The translations under genes were made by a program, and so were the position numbers. The notes beneath the pieces were generated by a model. It searched no databases, was not told where the DNA came from, and saw only the letters and a program-made list of their open reading frames with translations. Of a DNA stretch of 64,000 bases, positions 54,060 through 64,000 are shown piece after piece. This DNA is from Candidatus Uhrbacteria bacterium (lineage in GTDB: Bacteria; Patescibacteriota; Patescibacteriia; JACQRZ01), in assembly GCA_016206155.1 (NCBI GenBank), contig JACQSC010000004.1, forward strand, positions 7,450 through 71,449. The letters are read 5' to 3'. Positions within the stretch are counted from its first letter, which is position 1. Each line of letters begins with the position of its first letter.

Positions 54060-55289
54060 TCAAATTTCCTGGTCGTTTGCCGCCGTTGGTTGTTCGGGAG
54101 CCGGCTCAGCAGTTTCCGTGGGAGTTTTTTCTTCCACTGATTCCTGCGTGTCCGCCGTGGCGGGATTACTGATTCCTGATTCCTCTTTAAACGCTTTGAG
54201 GCTCAATCCAAGACGATGTTCCTCCGGCTCAATGGACACGATACGAAATTCGACCATGTCGCCCTGTGACGCAATGGTTGTGGGATCAACATTCGTTTTC
54301 GTTGAAAGTTCTGACACGTGCGCAAGCCCGTGAATTTCCGGATCCAGCTCGACAAACAAACCGAATGGATTAACTTTTAATACCTTGCCTTTTACGAGCT
54401 GACCGACAGCATAGCGATCCTTCACGTTCTTCCAGGGATCGGGAATAAGATTTTTCATCGAAAGAAATATCTTTGACCCCTCTATTTTAATAATTTGTGC
54501 CTTGATCTTCTGTCCCGAGCGCAGAAACTCTTTTGGATCATCGATGCGTTGCCACGCAATCTCGGAAATATGGACAAGCCCTTCAAGGCCTTGACCGAAC
54601 TCAACAAAGGCGCCGAAATCTGTGATAACAGTTACAACCCCTTCAATATTATCGCTCACCTTGTAGCTAGAGATAACATCTTTCTGGCGCACTTCCCATG
54701 CCGCCTTTTCCGAGACGATGAGCTTCTCTTCTTGCTCATCTGCGTCGATAATTTTTACTTCAAAACTTTCGCCCGTATAAGACTTCAATTTTTCGAGAAT
54801 CTTATTTTTGTCACCACCCTGAATACGCGGATAATGTTCGGGACAGAGTTGAGAAACCGGCATAAAACCGCTTACATTTCCGCACACGACCATGAGGCCA
54901 CCCTTGTTTGCGTCGACGGACTTCACAGTGACAATCTCACCCGATTGGCACAGTTGCCGCAGATGATCCCAGGCCTTTTTATGCCCGGCGCTTCGAAATG
55001 AAAGCTCAAAAAGCCCTCGCTCGTTCTCAAGCTCCAGAACCGTTGCGCTGACTTCATCGCCGAGTTTGAGATTGGAATATTCACCGGATTCATCGACCAG
55101 CTCCATTCCCCGAACAACGCCGGTCGCGACACCGTTGATATCAATCTGCACATCTCCTTTGGAAACTGATAATACCGTTCCGGTAATAATATCGCCGACT
55201 TTCGGAAGCGCGGCGCTGTACTGATCAAGAAGCTCTCTGAACTCTTTTTTACTCTGTTCGTCAGCAAGCTGTTGTGTTGTCGTAGTCAT
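54060..55289 (-). CDS. rpsA: 30S ribosomal protein S1 (four S1 domains)
   Basis: Repeated S1 OB-fold motifs; acidic C-terminus. Confidence 0.9.
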   Translation of the reverse strand: MTTTTQQLADEQSKKEFRELLDQYSAALPKVGDIITGTVLSVSKGDVQIDINGVATGVVRGMELVDESGEYSNLKLGDEVSATVLELENERGLFELSFRSAGHKKAWDHLRQLCQSGEIVTVKSVDANKGGLMVVCGNVSGFMPVSQLCPEHYPRIQGGDKNKILEKLKSYTGESFEVKIIDADEQEEKLIVSEKAAWEVRQKDVISSYKVSDNIEGVVTVITDFGAFVEFGQGLEGLVHISEIAWQRIDDPKEFLRSGQKIKAQIIKIEGSKIFLSMKNLIPDPWKNVKDRYAVGQLVKGKVLKVNPFGLFVELDPEIHGLAHVSELSTKTNVDPTTIASQGDMVEFRIVSIEPEEHRLGLSLKAFKEESGISNPATADTQESVEEKTPTETAEPAPEQPTAANDQEI

Positions 55290-55317
55290 ATCTTATGAAT
55301 TAATTTATGAATAATGA

Positions 55318-55497
55318 TATTGACCTTCGCCTATTGCGTTAACATGAAAAATGTATGATTTTGAGACAGATCCGCTGCTCTGGAACCGCAAAAAACCACA
55401 GTCGTACTATCAGTACGATGAGGATTTTTTGTGGCGAAGAGCAAGGAGCTGGTCAAAATCATAGGCTTTTCGTTAAGGTAATAGGCGAAGGTCAATA
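55318..55497. promoter_or_regulatory. 180-bp element bounded by perfect 18-bp inverted repeats (TATTGACCTTCGCCTATT / AATAGGCGAAGGTCAATA), filling the hppA-rpsA intergenic region (rpsA leader)
   Basis: Direct reading; internal hairpin cgtact-atc-agtacg. Confidence 0.8.
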
Positions 55498-55498
55498 G

Positions 55499-57487
55499 TT
55501 AGCGTACCACGGTAAGCGCTATCAAGAGCGCTACAATGTTAAGAATTTTAATCATAGGATTGATCGCCGGTCCAGCCGTATCCTTGTATGGATCGCCGAC
55601 CGTATCACCGGTCACCGCCGCTTGATGCGCGAGTGATCCTTTTCCGCCAAAGTTTCCTTCTTCAATATATTTTTTTGCATTATCCCAAGCGCCGCCACCA
55701 GATGTCATCGATACGGCAACAAAAATTCCCGTCACGATAGAACCGACAAGAACACCGCCCAGCGCCTCAAACCCAAGGAGCGCCCATATCACCAATGGTG
55801 TTGCGACAGGAATAAGCGCTGGAACGATCATCTTCTGAATTGCGGCGCGCGTCACAATATCAACCGTTCGCCCGTAATCTGGCTTTGCTGCTCCCTCCAT
55901 AATGCCTTTAATTTCTCTAAATTGGCGTCGTACCTCCTCAACAACCTTCCCCGCTGTTGCGCCCACTGCTTCCATTGAAAGCGCACCAAAGTAATAGGGG
56001 AGAAGCCCGCCGATAAAAAGGCCGATGAGAACTTTTGGTTGGTCTATGAGAAATTGAGTTTTTCCGCCAAGCGCGTGCGTGTAGTCGGCAAACAGAACGA
56101 GTGCGGCAAGTGCGGCGGAACCGATCGCATATCCTTTTGTCACTGCTTTTGTGGTGTTGCCAACGGCATCAAGCGGATCGGTAACGTCGCGCACCTCTTT
56201 GGGCAATCCCGCCATCTCGGCAATACCTCCTGCGTTATCGGTAATCGGACCGTATGAATCGATAGCAACAATCATTCCGGCCATCGAGAGCATAGCCATT
56301 GCCGCAACCGCAATACCGTAGAGGCCGCCAAGAGAGAACGCGGCGAGGATACCCGCGCAAATCACGATCACGGGCCATGCTGTTGACTTCATTGAGATTG
56401 CCAGTCCGGTAATAATGTTGGTGGCGTGTCCGGTTTGCGATGCGACAGCGATAGCGCGAACAGGAGAATGCTTTGTCGATGTATAGTATTCGGTAATGGC
56501 AACAAACAATCCCGTCACGGCAATGCCAACGAGCGCGGCAAAGTATACATTGATGGCAGAGACCGACTCAAGCCCTCCCATCATTTTCATCGTAACGGGA
56601 TAGAGAACCAACGCGGAAAGCGCGCCAGAAACGATCAGCCCCTTGTATAACGCCCCCATGATATTGTTTCGCGATCCAAGCCTGATAAAAAAAGCTCCGA
56701 TAATTGAGGTAACGATAGAAAGCGCTCCGATAACCAACGGATACAGCACGGCGGCATCGCGACCGGCGAACGTGTAATACCCCAAAACCATTGTCGCCAC
56801 AGCCGTCACGGCGTATGTTTCAAAAAGATCGGCAGCCATTCCTGCGCAATCGCCAACATTATCGCCAACATTATCGGCAATCACAGCCGGATTGCGCGGA
56901 TCGTCTTCAGGAATTCCCGCTTCCACCTTTCCTACCAGGTCGGCTCCAACATCGGCCGCCTTGGTAAAAATACCGCCGCCAAGCCGCGCAAACACCGAGA
57001 TAAGGCTTCCGCCAAAACCAAGACCGATCAGAGCCTTAATGTCGTGCGTTAGTGCATAGAATCCCGCGACCCCCAACAATCCAAGTCCGACGACAAGCAA
57101 GCCGGTTACCAGCCCCCCTTTTACGGCCATCTCAAGGGCTGGCGCGAATCCGCGTTTTGCCGCCTCTGCGGTGCGGACATTCGCGCGTACCGATACGTTC
57201 ATACCAATATATCCTGCCGCACCCGAGAACGCCGCGCCAATGAGAAAGGCGGCTGCCGTCTTGATGCCAAGAAATAAGGCGATAAGTATTGCAACAATAA
57301 CTGCAACAATGACAATTGTTCGATATTGGCGATTTAAATATGCGGAAGCTCCCGCCTGTATTGCCTGCGCGATAGATTTCATGGTTTCATCACCGGATGG
57401 TTGACGGACAATCCAACGGATCAAAAACGCGCCATAGATAATCGCGGCAATGCTTACAATGATTGAAAAAAGAAGTTCTGGAGACAT
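55499..57487 (-). CDS. hppA: membrane-bound proton/sodium-translocating pyrophosphatase
   Basis: GDNVGDCAG and other H+-PPase signature motifs, multi-TM. Confidence 0.95.
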   Translation of the reverse strand: MSPELLFSIIVSIAAIIYGAFLIRWIVRQPSGDETMKSIAQAIQAGASAYLNRQYRTIVIVAVIVAILIALFLGIKTAAAFLIGAAFSGAAGYIGMNVSVRANVRTAEAAKRGFAPALEMAVKGGLVTGLLVVGLGLLGVAGFYALTHDIKALIGLGFGGSLISVFARLGGGIFTKAADVGADLVGKVEAGIPEDDPRNPAVIADNVGDNVGDCAGMAADLFETYAVTAVATMVLGYYTFAGRDAAVLYPLVIGALSIVTSIIGAFFIRLGSRNNIMGALYKGLIVSGALSALVLYPVTMKMMGGLESVSAINVYFAALVGIAVTGLFVAITEYYTSTKHSPVRAIAVASQTGHATNIITGLAISMKSTAWPVIVICAGILAAFSLGGLYGIAVAAMAMLSMAGMIVAIDSYGPITDNAGGIAEMAGLPKEVRDVTDPLDAVGNTTKAVTKGYAIGSAALAALVLFADYTHALGGKTQFLIDQPKVLIGLFIGGLLPYYFGALSMEAVGATAGKVVEEVRRQFREIKGIMEGAAKPDYGRTVDIVTRAAIQKMIVPALIPVATPLVIWALLGFEALGGVLVGSIVTGIFVAVSMTSGGGAWDNAKKYIEEGNFGGKGSLAHQAAVTGDTVGDPYKDTAGPAINPMIKILNIVALLIALTVVR

Positions 57488-57496
57488 ACAAGAAAA

Positions 57497-57530
57497 GGGG
57501 TTAGGGGTTAGGGGTTAGGGGTTAGGGGTT
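57497..57530. repeat. (GGGGTTA)x5 tandem repeat; the opposite strand supplies the last codons (TPNP) and TAA stop of nusA
   Basis: Direct reading. Confidence 0.9.
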
Positions 57531-58764
57531 CTTCTTCGTCAGATACAGTTGCGCGAAGGTCTATCTCTTCCCCGGCATCCTCAGACTGTTCACTGCCCTC
57601 TAGATACTCCCTGACAGCTCCGTCTGGATGAATCTCTATATTCCATTCCGTAAGCTGCGACGCAAGGCGAACGTTCTGTCCGCCCTTTCCAATCGCAAGC
57701 GAGAGCTGATCCTCGGGAACAAGAACACGCGCTGTTTTCATCTCGGGAAACAATTCGATAGAAGAAATCTTTGCCGGGGAAATCGCGTTGGCAATAAACA
57801 CTTCAGGGTCGTCATCATACATGATGACGTCGATCTTTTCACCGCCGAGTTCTGCTATGATCATCTGGATGCGTCCGCCACGCTGGCCAATGCACGAACC
57901 AATGGGATCGATGTTGTCCTGATGAGACAAGACAGCGACCTTTGAACGATTGCCACCGTCACGGCTGATTTTTTTTATCTCAATTGCGCCAGATGCAACC
58001 TCTGGAATTTCTGATTCGAAAATGCGCTGAACCATTAATGGTGTTGCGCGGGATACGATAATTTCGGGTCCGCGGCCGCTCTCATGGACTGAAAGCACGA
58101 ATACCTTTATGCGATCGCCGGGATTGTAGCGTTCGCGAGAAATCTGTTCCGACATCGGGAGCATGGCAGAGATCTTTCCCAGATCTATCAAGACGCGGCT
58201 GTCCTCTCGCCGCTGAACCGTTCCTGTGATAATGGCTCCCTCTTTATCCTTGAACATACTGTACAAAAGATTGCGCTCCGCTTCTCGAATTTTTTGAATG
58301 ATTACCTGTTTGGCTGTTTGCGCCGCCATGCGTCCGTATTCTGCCGGCACGGATAACTCGGTGCGCATTTCCTCGCCGAGGCCGACGTCCTCCTTTAGGA
58401 TTCGCGCATCAGACAATTGAATGTCTGTTTTCGGATTAAAACGCCTTTTTTCCTCATCTTCTTCGGCACTTACCTCAACAGCTTCTTCAAGATCGCTCTT
58501 TCTCTTCTCTTCCTTACCCTGCTCTTTTTCTTCCTCTCCTTCACTAAAATCTTCTGGAAGGTCTTCAACGACAGTCTTCACATCAAAAACACGAGACTCA
58601 CCCGTTTTGATGTCAAACTCAACTTTGATATTTTGATTTTTCTCGCCAAAATCTTTGCGATAAGCGGCAGCCAATGCTGCCTCAAGCGCCTCAATAACCT
58701 GCTCCTGAGGGATGCCACGATCGTCGCAAATTTGCTTGATAGCCGATGCTATTGGATTGTTCAT
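57508..58764 (-). CDS. nusA: transcription termination/antitermination factor NusA (with an acidic insertion in the N-terminal domain)
   Basis: NusA NTD, S1 and two KH domains (GxxG motifs IGKGGQNV); about 70-aa Glu-rich insert. Confidence 0.9.
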   Translation of the reverse strand: MNNPIASAIKQICDDRGIPQEQVIEALEAALAAAYRKDFGEKNQNIKVEFDIKTGESRVFDVKTVVEDLPEDFSEGEEEKEQGKEEKRKSDLEEAVEVSAEEDEEKRRFNPKTDIQLSDARILKEDVGLGEEMRTELSVPAEYGRMAAQTAKQVIIQKIREAERNLLYSMFKDKEGAIITGTVQRREDSRVLIDLGKISAMLPMSEQISRERYNPGDRIKVFVLSVHESGRGPEIIVSRATPLMVQRIFESEIPEVASGAIEIKKISRDGGNRSKVAVLSHQDNIDPIGSCIGQRGGRIQMIIAELGGEKIDVIMYDDDPEVFIANAISPAKISSIELFPEMKTARVLVPEDQLSLAIGKGGQNVRLASQLTEWNIEIHPDGAVREYLEGSEQSEDAGEEIDLRATVSDEEEPLTPNP

Positions 58765-58772
58765 ACTAAATA

Positions 58773-58806
58773 GGGTTTAGGGTAGAGGGTTTAGGGTAGA
58801 GGGTAT
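58773..58806. repeat. GGGTTTA/GGGTAGA heptamer tandem repeat (about 4.7 units) between the CAP-domain gene and nusA
   Basis: Direct reading. Confidence 0.85.
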
Positions 58807-58883
58807 AGTAAAAAAGGATAGTGTAACCACTATCCTAATGTTTCATATACTACTACAAGCACCCTGTTTAGTCAAGGGGACGC

Positions 58884-59762
58884 CTACACCTTCAGCAAGA
58901 ATGCAAACAGACCGATGAGCGCGAGGGTCTGTGCAATGACGTGTGGGTGCTGTTTTTTCATCTCGATCACAATGGTGAGCGCAAGCGCAACGCCAAAGAG
59001 GGCTATGAGTCCGATATAGATCCAACGGGAGGCGGCAAAGGCTTGTGAAATAGTGGATCCTAAGCTCTTTGCGTAGGTATATTTTTCGATCGGTGTTGGC
59101 TGAATAGGCTCTGCCCGTGCAACAGCAATCCCGTCTCCACGGGACTCCTTGTTTGGGCGCACATCGCCAAATGAGCCTTGCGCGCCGCTGTTTCGCGGCG
59201 CCGCAAAATGCTGTGCGACAAATATCGTTTGCGCGCCATTGTATTCACCGCTGATGGCTCCTACGCCGATGTCTTTAAAATCCTTGTCGATCAAATTTGC
59301 ATAATGGGTGCCGCTCTTTCTCCACGCGTCAACAACCTGTTCTGCCGAGAAGAATCCCATGGCAAGATTCTCTCCGACTACTTCATAATCATAGCCCTCA
59401 CGCCGTATCCAGGAGGCAAGCGTTTTGCCATCGGGACCAGTGTGGCTAAAGTACTGACTTCCAGCCATGTCGTGAGCTTTTTCGCGAGACGAAGAGGAAA
59501 GAGCCCGAGAAACCGAAAGCGGAGGCGCTCCATTTTGAGCGCGCAGGTCATTCGTAAGAGAGGCAATCTGTATGGCTTGCGCCTCGAGCGCATCTTCTGC
59601 CATAAATGCTCCCAGCGGAACTGCAAACACCACAAGCATAACAATGCCCTTTACCAACAAACCAACGCCCCCATAAAGCACTATCCGTTTTGCATGAAGA
59701 ATATGGGGATGATAATTGTTTTCCTCATGCGGAATAAAATACTTCTTTGCCGTTGCGCGCAT
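58884..59762 (-). CDS. CAP (SCP/PR-1-like) domain membrane protein
   Basis: CAP motifs (HYANLIDKDFKDIGVG, GENLA) between N- and C-terminal TM helices. Confidence 0.7.
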   Translation of the reverse strand: MRATAKKYFIPHEENNYHPHILHAKRIVLYGGVGLLVKGIVMLVVFAVPLGAFMAEDALEAQAIQIASLTNDLRAQNGAPPLSVSRALSSSSREKAHDMAGSQYFSHTGPDGKTLASWIRREGYDYEVVGENLAMGFFSAEQVVDAWRKSGTHYANLIDKDFKDIGVGAISGEYNGAQTIFVAQHFAAPRNSGAQGSFGDVRPNKESRGDGIAVARAEPIQPTPIEKYTYAKSLGSTISQAFAASRWIYIGLIALFGVALALTIVIEMKKQHPHVIAQTLALIGLFAFLLKV

Positions 59763-59767
59763 AGTGA

Positions 59768-62700
59768 CTATTGTCCTCCTCCTCTTGCGATATCGGCAAG
59801 ATCAACATTGCTAATGCCAAGACCAAGGCTCCTCATAACCCGAAACGCATCTGCGGGGCGGCCAAGGTAATATCGCTTTAAGTCAGTCGGATTCACATAC
59901 CATGCTTCACCGTGCGATTGAACCTGAAGAAAAATAAATCCCGCATATCGCCGCGCAAATGAAGAGTCGAGGTTCATTGACGCGGCGCCACCCTTCCGTG
60001 GGTCGTAACTCGCAAATAGTTCCGTGTAATCGCTATATCCATCACCGTCGCTGTCTCTCTTCTGCGGATCGGTTCCAAGCGACTGCTCTACTGCGTCTGA
60101 TAAACCGTCTTCGTCCTGGTCCGGCTTGCCGTCAACATTCAAATTCGCCATTGGAATGCGTTGAATATCGCCGTTCGTGATGCCAACCCCCAGGGATCGC
60201 ATGATGGCAAACGCATCTGCAGGACGGCCAAGATAATGCCGCTGTTTTGTCTTGGGATAGACATACCACGCTTCACCCTTTTCTTGCACCTGAAGAAGTA
60301 TCTTTCCGGAAAGGCGCACCGCGCGTGCCGAAGGAGGGGGTGTAGCCTGCTCAGTGACTGGTAAAGATATAATTTCTTTCGTTGCCGTTTGAACGGTATC
60401 ATTTAACTGAAGATAGAGAATTGAGTCAGAGACTGCTTTTGACGCGCTCCCGTTGCTATGGAGAAACTTTACGTATACTGTTTTTGTCCCGAACCCATCG
60501 GAAAAAGTCCATGGTTTTGTCTTTGCGAGCGATTCTTTTTTTGCCCCTTCAAACTGTTCGTTGTTTGCGATCAATACAAAAGCGGTGTCGGGCCCTGCGT
60601 TAAGCGTCAGAGTTACCTCGCGCGACGATGTCATTGCGTCATCGTTGTTAATCACAACCGTAAAACCTCCTTTCGGCGCTGTTGGTTTGAGAGATGACGA
60701 TTCGGTGGTTGAACTGCTTGACGATCCACCCCCACCACCCCCGGAGGAACCACCGCCTCCGCCAGACGATCCGCCGCCACTGCTTTGCGCCACTGTCTCA
60801 GAATATGCGGCAAACGTTGTAAAATGTTTTGTCCATATCACAAGATCTGACCCTGCATCAATCTTACATGTTCCAACATCGGGCAGCGCATCTCCGACTG
60901 CCTGGCTATTCGAAGAACAGGATGAGGTTATTTCGGTAAACTCGCCTCCGGGTCGAATATATCCGGCTCTTTTTCCCGCCTCCCCTGTCAGCGTAATCGC
61001 AACCCCCTTGCTCAATGAAAAATTTATTGTTGCGGATCCCACTTCAACAGCTGCGCTCAACGTTCTTGTTTTGCCACTAGCGGTGGGAAGCGTAACATTT
61101 GTTGTGGGCGTTGGCATCTTCAGCACGCCGTCCCACGAACTGCTTGAACTCGTAAGGGTTGTACTGTCCGGTATGGAAACAGTGGCGCGCGCATGATTCA
61201 TGGTTATTCTTGGGAATATGCCCGAACCGTTTGAAACAAGCGTCGCAGCGTCAAGACCTGAATCGGTGAGACCTTCGTCAATGCTCACGGTCACCGCTTC
61301 CTCCAAAGAACGCACAACAATACGTGGATACTCGCGCGTGGCTGTTGCTCTTCCGTTTGTATCGGGGAGTCGATCGATTGTGGTGAGCACTTTTGGCATA
61401 ACGGTGTATTGTTGTGTTGTCCCGTCTTCTGCCGTCACCGTGTATACCACAGGATTTGTAAAATTTTGCGCGGAGCCGGATGCCGGGGAGATCGAAGCGC
61501 CCGTATGAGTAATCGTTGGCGTTAATGTCGTGATTGTTGCATTAACCGGGATCGGAATAACAATCACGCGTCGGTTCTCGTGAATAATCCCTTGCACTAC
61601 CGGATTTTGAAATGAAAACGCGGTAATGCGCTTTGCAGGATTGAGTGCAACGCTCATGTTCAGCGTATAACTCCGTTGCGATCGATCCTGCGACGTCACC
61701 GTATAGGTTTGCTGCGCCTGAAACGTAAGCGCTCCGGCCGCCGGACTTATGGAGGAGCCGGCAAATTGGATGGCGGAGGTCAAATTGGAAATGGGCGTCC
61801 CAAACGGAAAAACAATTGTGATGGTGCGGGCAGTCTGATCAATGGTTCCTTGCGCGGTGGCCGAACTCGATCCGGGATTTGTCGCTGTCACCGCAAATGC
61901 TGTAATCCTTGGCTCTTGGGCAATCGTCACAGTCACCGTATATGATGCGCGAGTGCCATCTTGCGCGGTAACCATGTACACCACAGGATTGGTGAAATTT
62001 TGCGCGGAACCGGATGCCGGGGAGATCGAAGCGCCCGTATGAGTAATTGTTGGCGCCAATGCCGTGACGGTTGTGTCGTATGGAACAACAGCACTTATTG
62101 TTTTTTGCTCCTCATCAATCGTGCCAACGTATTCGTTCGTATCCCGCGTAATAGTAAAAAGTGTTATTCGTTTCACGCTACTTGGCGCAACCGTCACGGT
62201 CACAATGTAAGTCTGCGTGGTTGAATCCGGTGCTGTAACCGTATATACCACGGGAGTGGTAAAATTTTGCACAACGCCGGATGCCGGAGAAACGGAGCTG
62301 CCAAGGATTTCGATCGTGGGTGATAGTGCGGTCACATCGGTGCCAAATGGAACCATTAATGCAATACCCCTGCTTTGATCATTGATGGTGCCCGCTACCG
62401 GTCCGCTCAATACGGTAAACCCGACTATTTTTTTTGCGGTTTGATGGGGTGCGCTTTGCACCTGTATCGCGGAATCCGAAAGAGCGTTATTGTTTACGTC
62501 TCGTACGGTTGTCGCAAGTCCTGCGGGAACTGAAAATTGTTTGTTGCCCGAGAGCAAACCGCTGCCGCCTGTTCGGGCGGTAAGCGTAATGGTCAGTACC
62601 GTTGCGGAGGAATCAAGAGAAAGCGTTCCGTCATACGTTGTATCGGCGGGAGTATCTCCCGCATCAACGTCAACGGTTGCAATATTTTTTATCGTAACGA

Positions 62701-63973
62701 CACCCGTTGTTCTTGCCAGGGAAACATCTCCTGTCGCGCCGTCGGCAATGGTGAGCGCCGATCCTCCCGGTATGAGCGTTTGCGCAATTGAGGTGGCATC
62801 GATTGGTTCGATAAACGTGAGCGTCAGAATATCTCCCGCATCAAGTCGATTGCGCGCCGCTGTGTCGGTAAAGACAAGCGACGTAACGCTTGGACGGGTC
62901 GTATCAACGCTTCCCGAGGATCCGACCGCTGCCAACGCTCCGCCGTTTATGGTTCGTTGTGTTTGATAGATATCGGCGTATTGCGTTGTGCCGTCACTCC
63001 ATACCACGTCGGTTGTTGCAACGCTGAAACTCACCGATCCCACTGCAGAAAAACCAATGTCCGCCCGCACAACGAAATTTTGCGGGTTCCCATCGGAAAC
63101 GTTTTGGCTGCTATTGTACGTATTGATAGCGCACCGCCATTTTGTTTGTGAGTGCGGATTGCACGATGTTTTATACAAATTATTGAGATCAAATTGCTCG
63201 GGATAGATGACAAGATTGTTAACAGTTGCAAAACTCTTGGAAACAGTTACATCCATGCGAGTAATGCTCGCGGTGTTTACCGTTGCATCGTTTGTATCAC
63301 CTTGCGCTTGCGCGGTCATCCTAAGAACCATCACTCCTTGCGCTCCGGTTATAGCGCCGCTCGGTGTGTTTCCCGCTGGCGCAAGGGCAAGGAGGGCGTG
63401 TGCAAGTGTAATGCTATTCCCTTGCACGCCGGCAAGTGCGGTACCACTCAACGAAAGAACAGCTGACGAAACAGCTCCAACCCCATGCACACCCGAAAGC
63501 GCAAATGAGACAGACAGCCCTGAGACCGGACCGGATTGAAATCCCGCATACTGCGGACGAACCAAGAGATAGGTCGACTGAGAAGCAACTACCTGAATTC
63601 GGTTGTCTCCGGCAAGTTGCCACGTCACTGTTCCCGGGTTTGTTCCGTTCGCCGAGAGATTCACGGAGCCCCCTTTTTGGGTCCATGGCCCGCTTGCGGC
63701 AAGTGCGGTCCACAGCGTTGCCGATGTAAGCGCCGCGTCTTGAGCGTCGGCTTGTGTTTTGATAATTACTTGATCAACAAGAATATCTTCTGTGGCGGAA
63801 GCGGTTAGCTGCGCAAGCAACGCGCCTTGATCGGGAGCCGTACCGGCAACTGCATAATAAGCCGCGGGGGTTGAAGAGTGCAGGGAGGCAGAAAGTGTTG
63901 GGGCCGGAGCAACTGTTACCGTTACCGTGTATATCTTTGTTGACCCGTCAAGGGCGGTAACCGTATACTGCAC
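59768..63973 (-). CDS. giant surface repeat protein (Ig-like/SbsA-type repeats, Gly/Ser linker, C-terminal duplicated domain with Asp-rich calcium-binding-like motif); N-terminus probably beyond the window edge
   Basis: Repeats of ...SISPASGSAQNFTNPVVYTVTA.DGT...YTVTVT..., (SSGGG)n linker, twice-repeated ~50-aa C-terminal domain (...QVQ..GEAWYV.P......YLGRPADAF..MRSLG.GI.N.D...I...) around DSDGDGYSD. Confidence 0.7.
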   Translation of the reverse strand: MQYTVTALDGSTKIYTVTVTVAPAPTLSASLHSSTPAAYYAVAGTAPDQGALLAQLTASATEDILVDQVIIKTQADAQDAALTSATLWTALAASGPWTQKGGSVNLSANGTNPGTVTWQLAGDNRIQVVASQSTYLLVRPQYAGFQSGPVSGLSVSFALSGVHGVGAVSSAVLSLSGTALAGVQGNSITLAHALLALAPAGNTPSGAITGAQGVMVLRMTAQAQGDTNDATVNTASITRMDVTVSKSFATVNNLVIYPEQFDLNNLYKTSCNPHSQTKWRCAINTYNSSQNVSDGNPQNFVVRADIGFSAVGSVSFSVATTDVVWSDGTTQYADIYQTQRTINGGALAAVGSSGSVDTTRPSVTSLVFTDTAARNRLDAGDILTLTFIEPIDATSIAQTLIPGGSALTIADGATGDVSLARTTGVVTIKNIATVDVDAGDTPADTTYDGTLSLDSSATVLTITLTARTGGSGLLSGNKQFSVPAGLATTVRDVNNNALSDSAIQVQSAPHQTAKKIVGFTVLSGPVAGTINDQSRGIALMVPFGTDVTALSPTIEILGSSVSPASGVVQNFTTPVVYTVTAPDSTTQTYIVTVTVAPSSVKRITLFTITRDTNEYVGTIDEEQKTISAVVPYDTTVTALAPTITHTGASISPASGSAQNFTNPVVYMVTAQDGTRASYTVTVTIAQEPRITAFAVTATNPGSSSATAQGTIDQTARTITIVFPFGTPISNLTSAIQFAGSSISPAAGALTFQAQQTYTVTSQDRSQRSYTLNMSVALNPAKRITAFSFQNPVVQGIIHENRRVIVIPIPVNATITTLTPTITHTGASISPASGSAQNFTNPVVYTVTAEDGTTQQYTVMPKVLTTIDRLPDTNGRATATREYPRIVVRSLEEAVTVSIDEGLTDSGLDAATLVSNGSGIFPRITMNHARATVSIPDSTTLTSSSSSWDGVLKMPTPTTNVTLPTASGKTRTLSAAVEVGSATINFSLSKGVAITLTGEAGKRAGYIRPGGEFTEITSSCSSNSQAVGDALPDVGTCKIDAGSDLVIWTKHFTTFAAYSETVAQSSGGGSSGGGGGSSGGGGGGSSSSSTTESSSLKPTAPKGGFTVVINNDDAMTSSREVTLTLNAGPDTAFVLIANNEQFEGAKKESLAKTKPWTFSDGFGTKTVYVKFLHSNGSASKAVSDSILYLQLNDTVQTATKEIISLPVTEQATPPPSARAVRLSGKILLQVQEKGEAWYVYPKTKQRHYLGRPADAFAIMRSLGVGITNGDIQRIPMANLNVDGKPDQDEDGLSDAVEQSLGTDPQKRDSDGDGYSDYTELFASYDPRKGGAASMNLDSSFARRYAGFIFLQVQSHGEAWYVNPTDLKRYYLGRPADAFRVMRSLGLGISNVDLADIARGGGQ

Positions 63974-64000
63974 GGGTTGAGTAAAATTTTGCGCGCTTCC

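Noticed and set aside
57497-57530. Heptamer tandem arrays as a CRISPR array
   Set aside because: Units are 7 bp with no spacers. Not a CRISPR repeat-spacer architecture.

Overview
This 64-kb window is a gene-dense bacterial chromosomal segment. Gene content suggests a small-genome lineage; the archaeal-type ProRS, split transketolase, H+-PPase and PfkB-type kinase next to class II aldolase make CPR/Patescibacteria a weak guess. Most genes are housekeeping: def, priA, clpB, rarA, the dcw cluster (mraZ-rsmH-ftsL-ftsI-murF), znuABC, fba-pfkB, rpiB-rpe and split tkt, proS, pilB, ftsH, rpsA, hppA, nusA. There are three tRNAs: Glu-CUC, Gly-GCC and Leu-UAA. Four type II toxin-antitoxin pairs are present: DUF433/DUF5615, AbrB-RelE, BrnTA and MazEF. 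Large surface proteins include an LTD/PKD protein, a CAP-domain protein and a repeat protein longer than 1400 aa. Accessory-looking features stand out. A GIY-YIG nuclease gene is flanked by an interrupted copy of the 5' half of tRNA-Glu. tRNA-Leu has duplicated 3'-end att-like repeats bracketing a Met-rich SHOCT protein gene. An AbiEii-like fragment and a retropepsin-like aspartyl protease with a small partner gene are also present. Several repeat classes were found. One is a family of telomere-like heptanucleotide repeats (sense CCCTAAA, opposite strand GGGTTTA/GGGGTTA) that supply the TAA stop codon and last codons of three genes. Others are AAGAATT tandem repeats forming hairpins, a REP-like 28-bp hairpin present three times, and a palindromic element with GAAAATGGTGTCAGG termini present twice (once in-frame inside a tsaB-like ORF). 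Perfect long inverted repeats abut the rpiB start and fill the rpsA leader, and a CIRCE operator lies upstream of clpB. No rRNA, CRISPR array or transposase was recognised. All calls rest on motif recognition in the ORF translations and direct reading of the DNA; no database searches were run.
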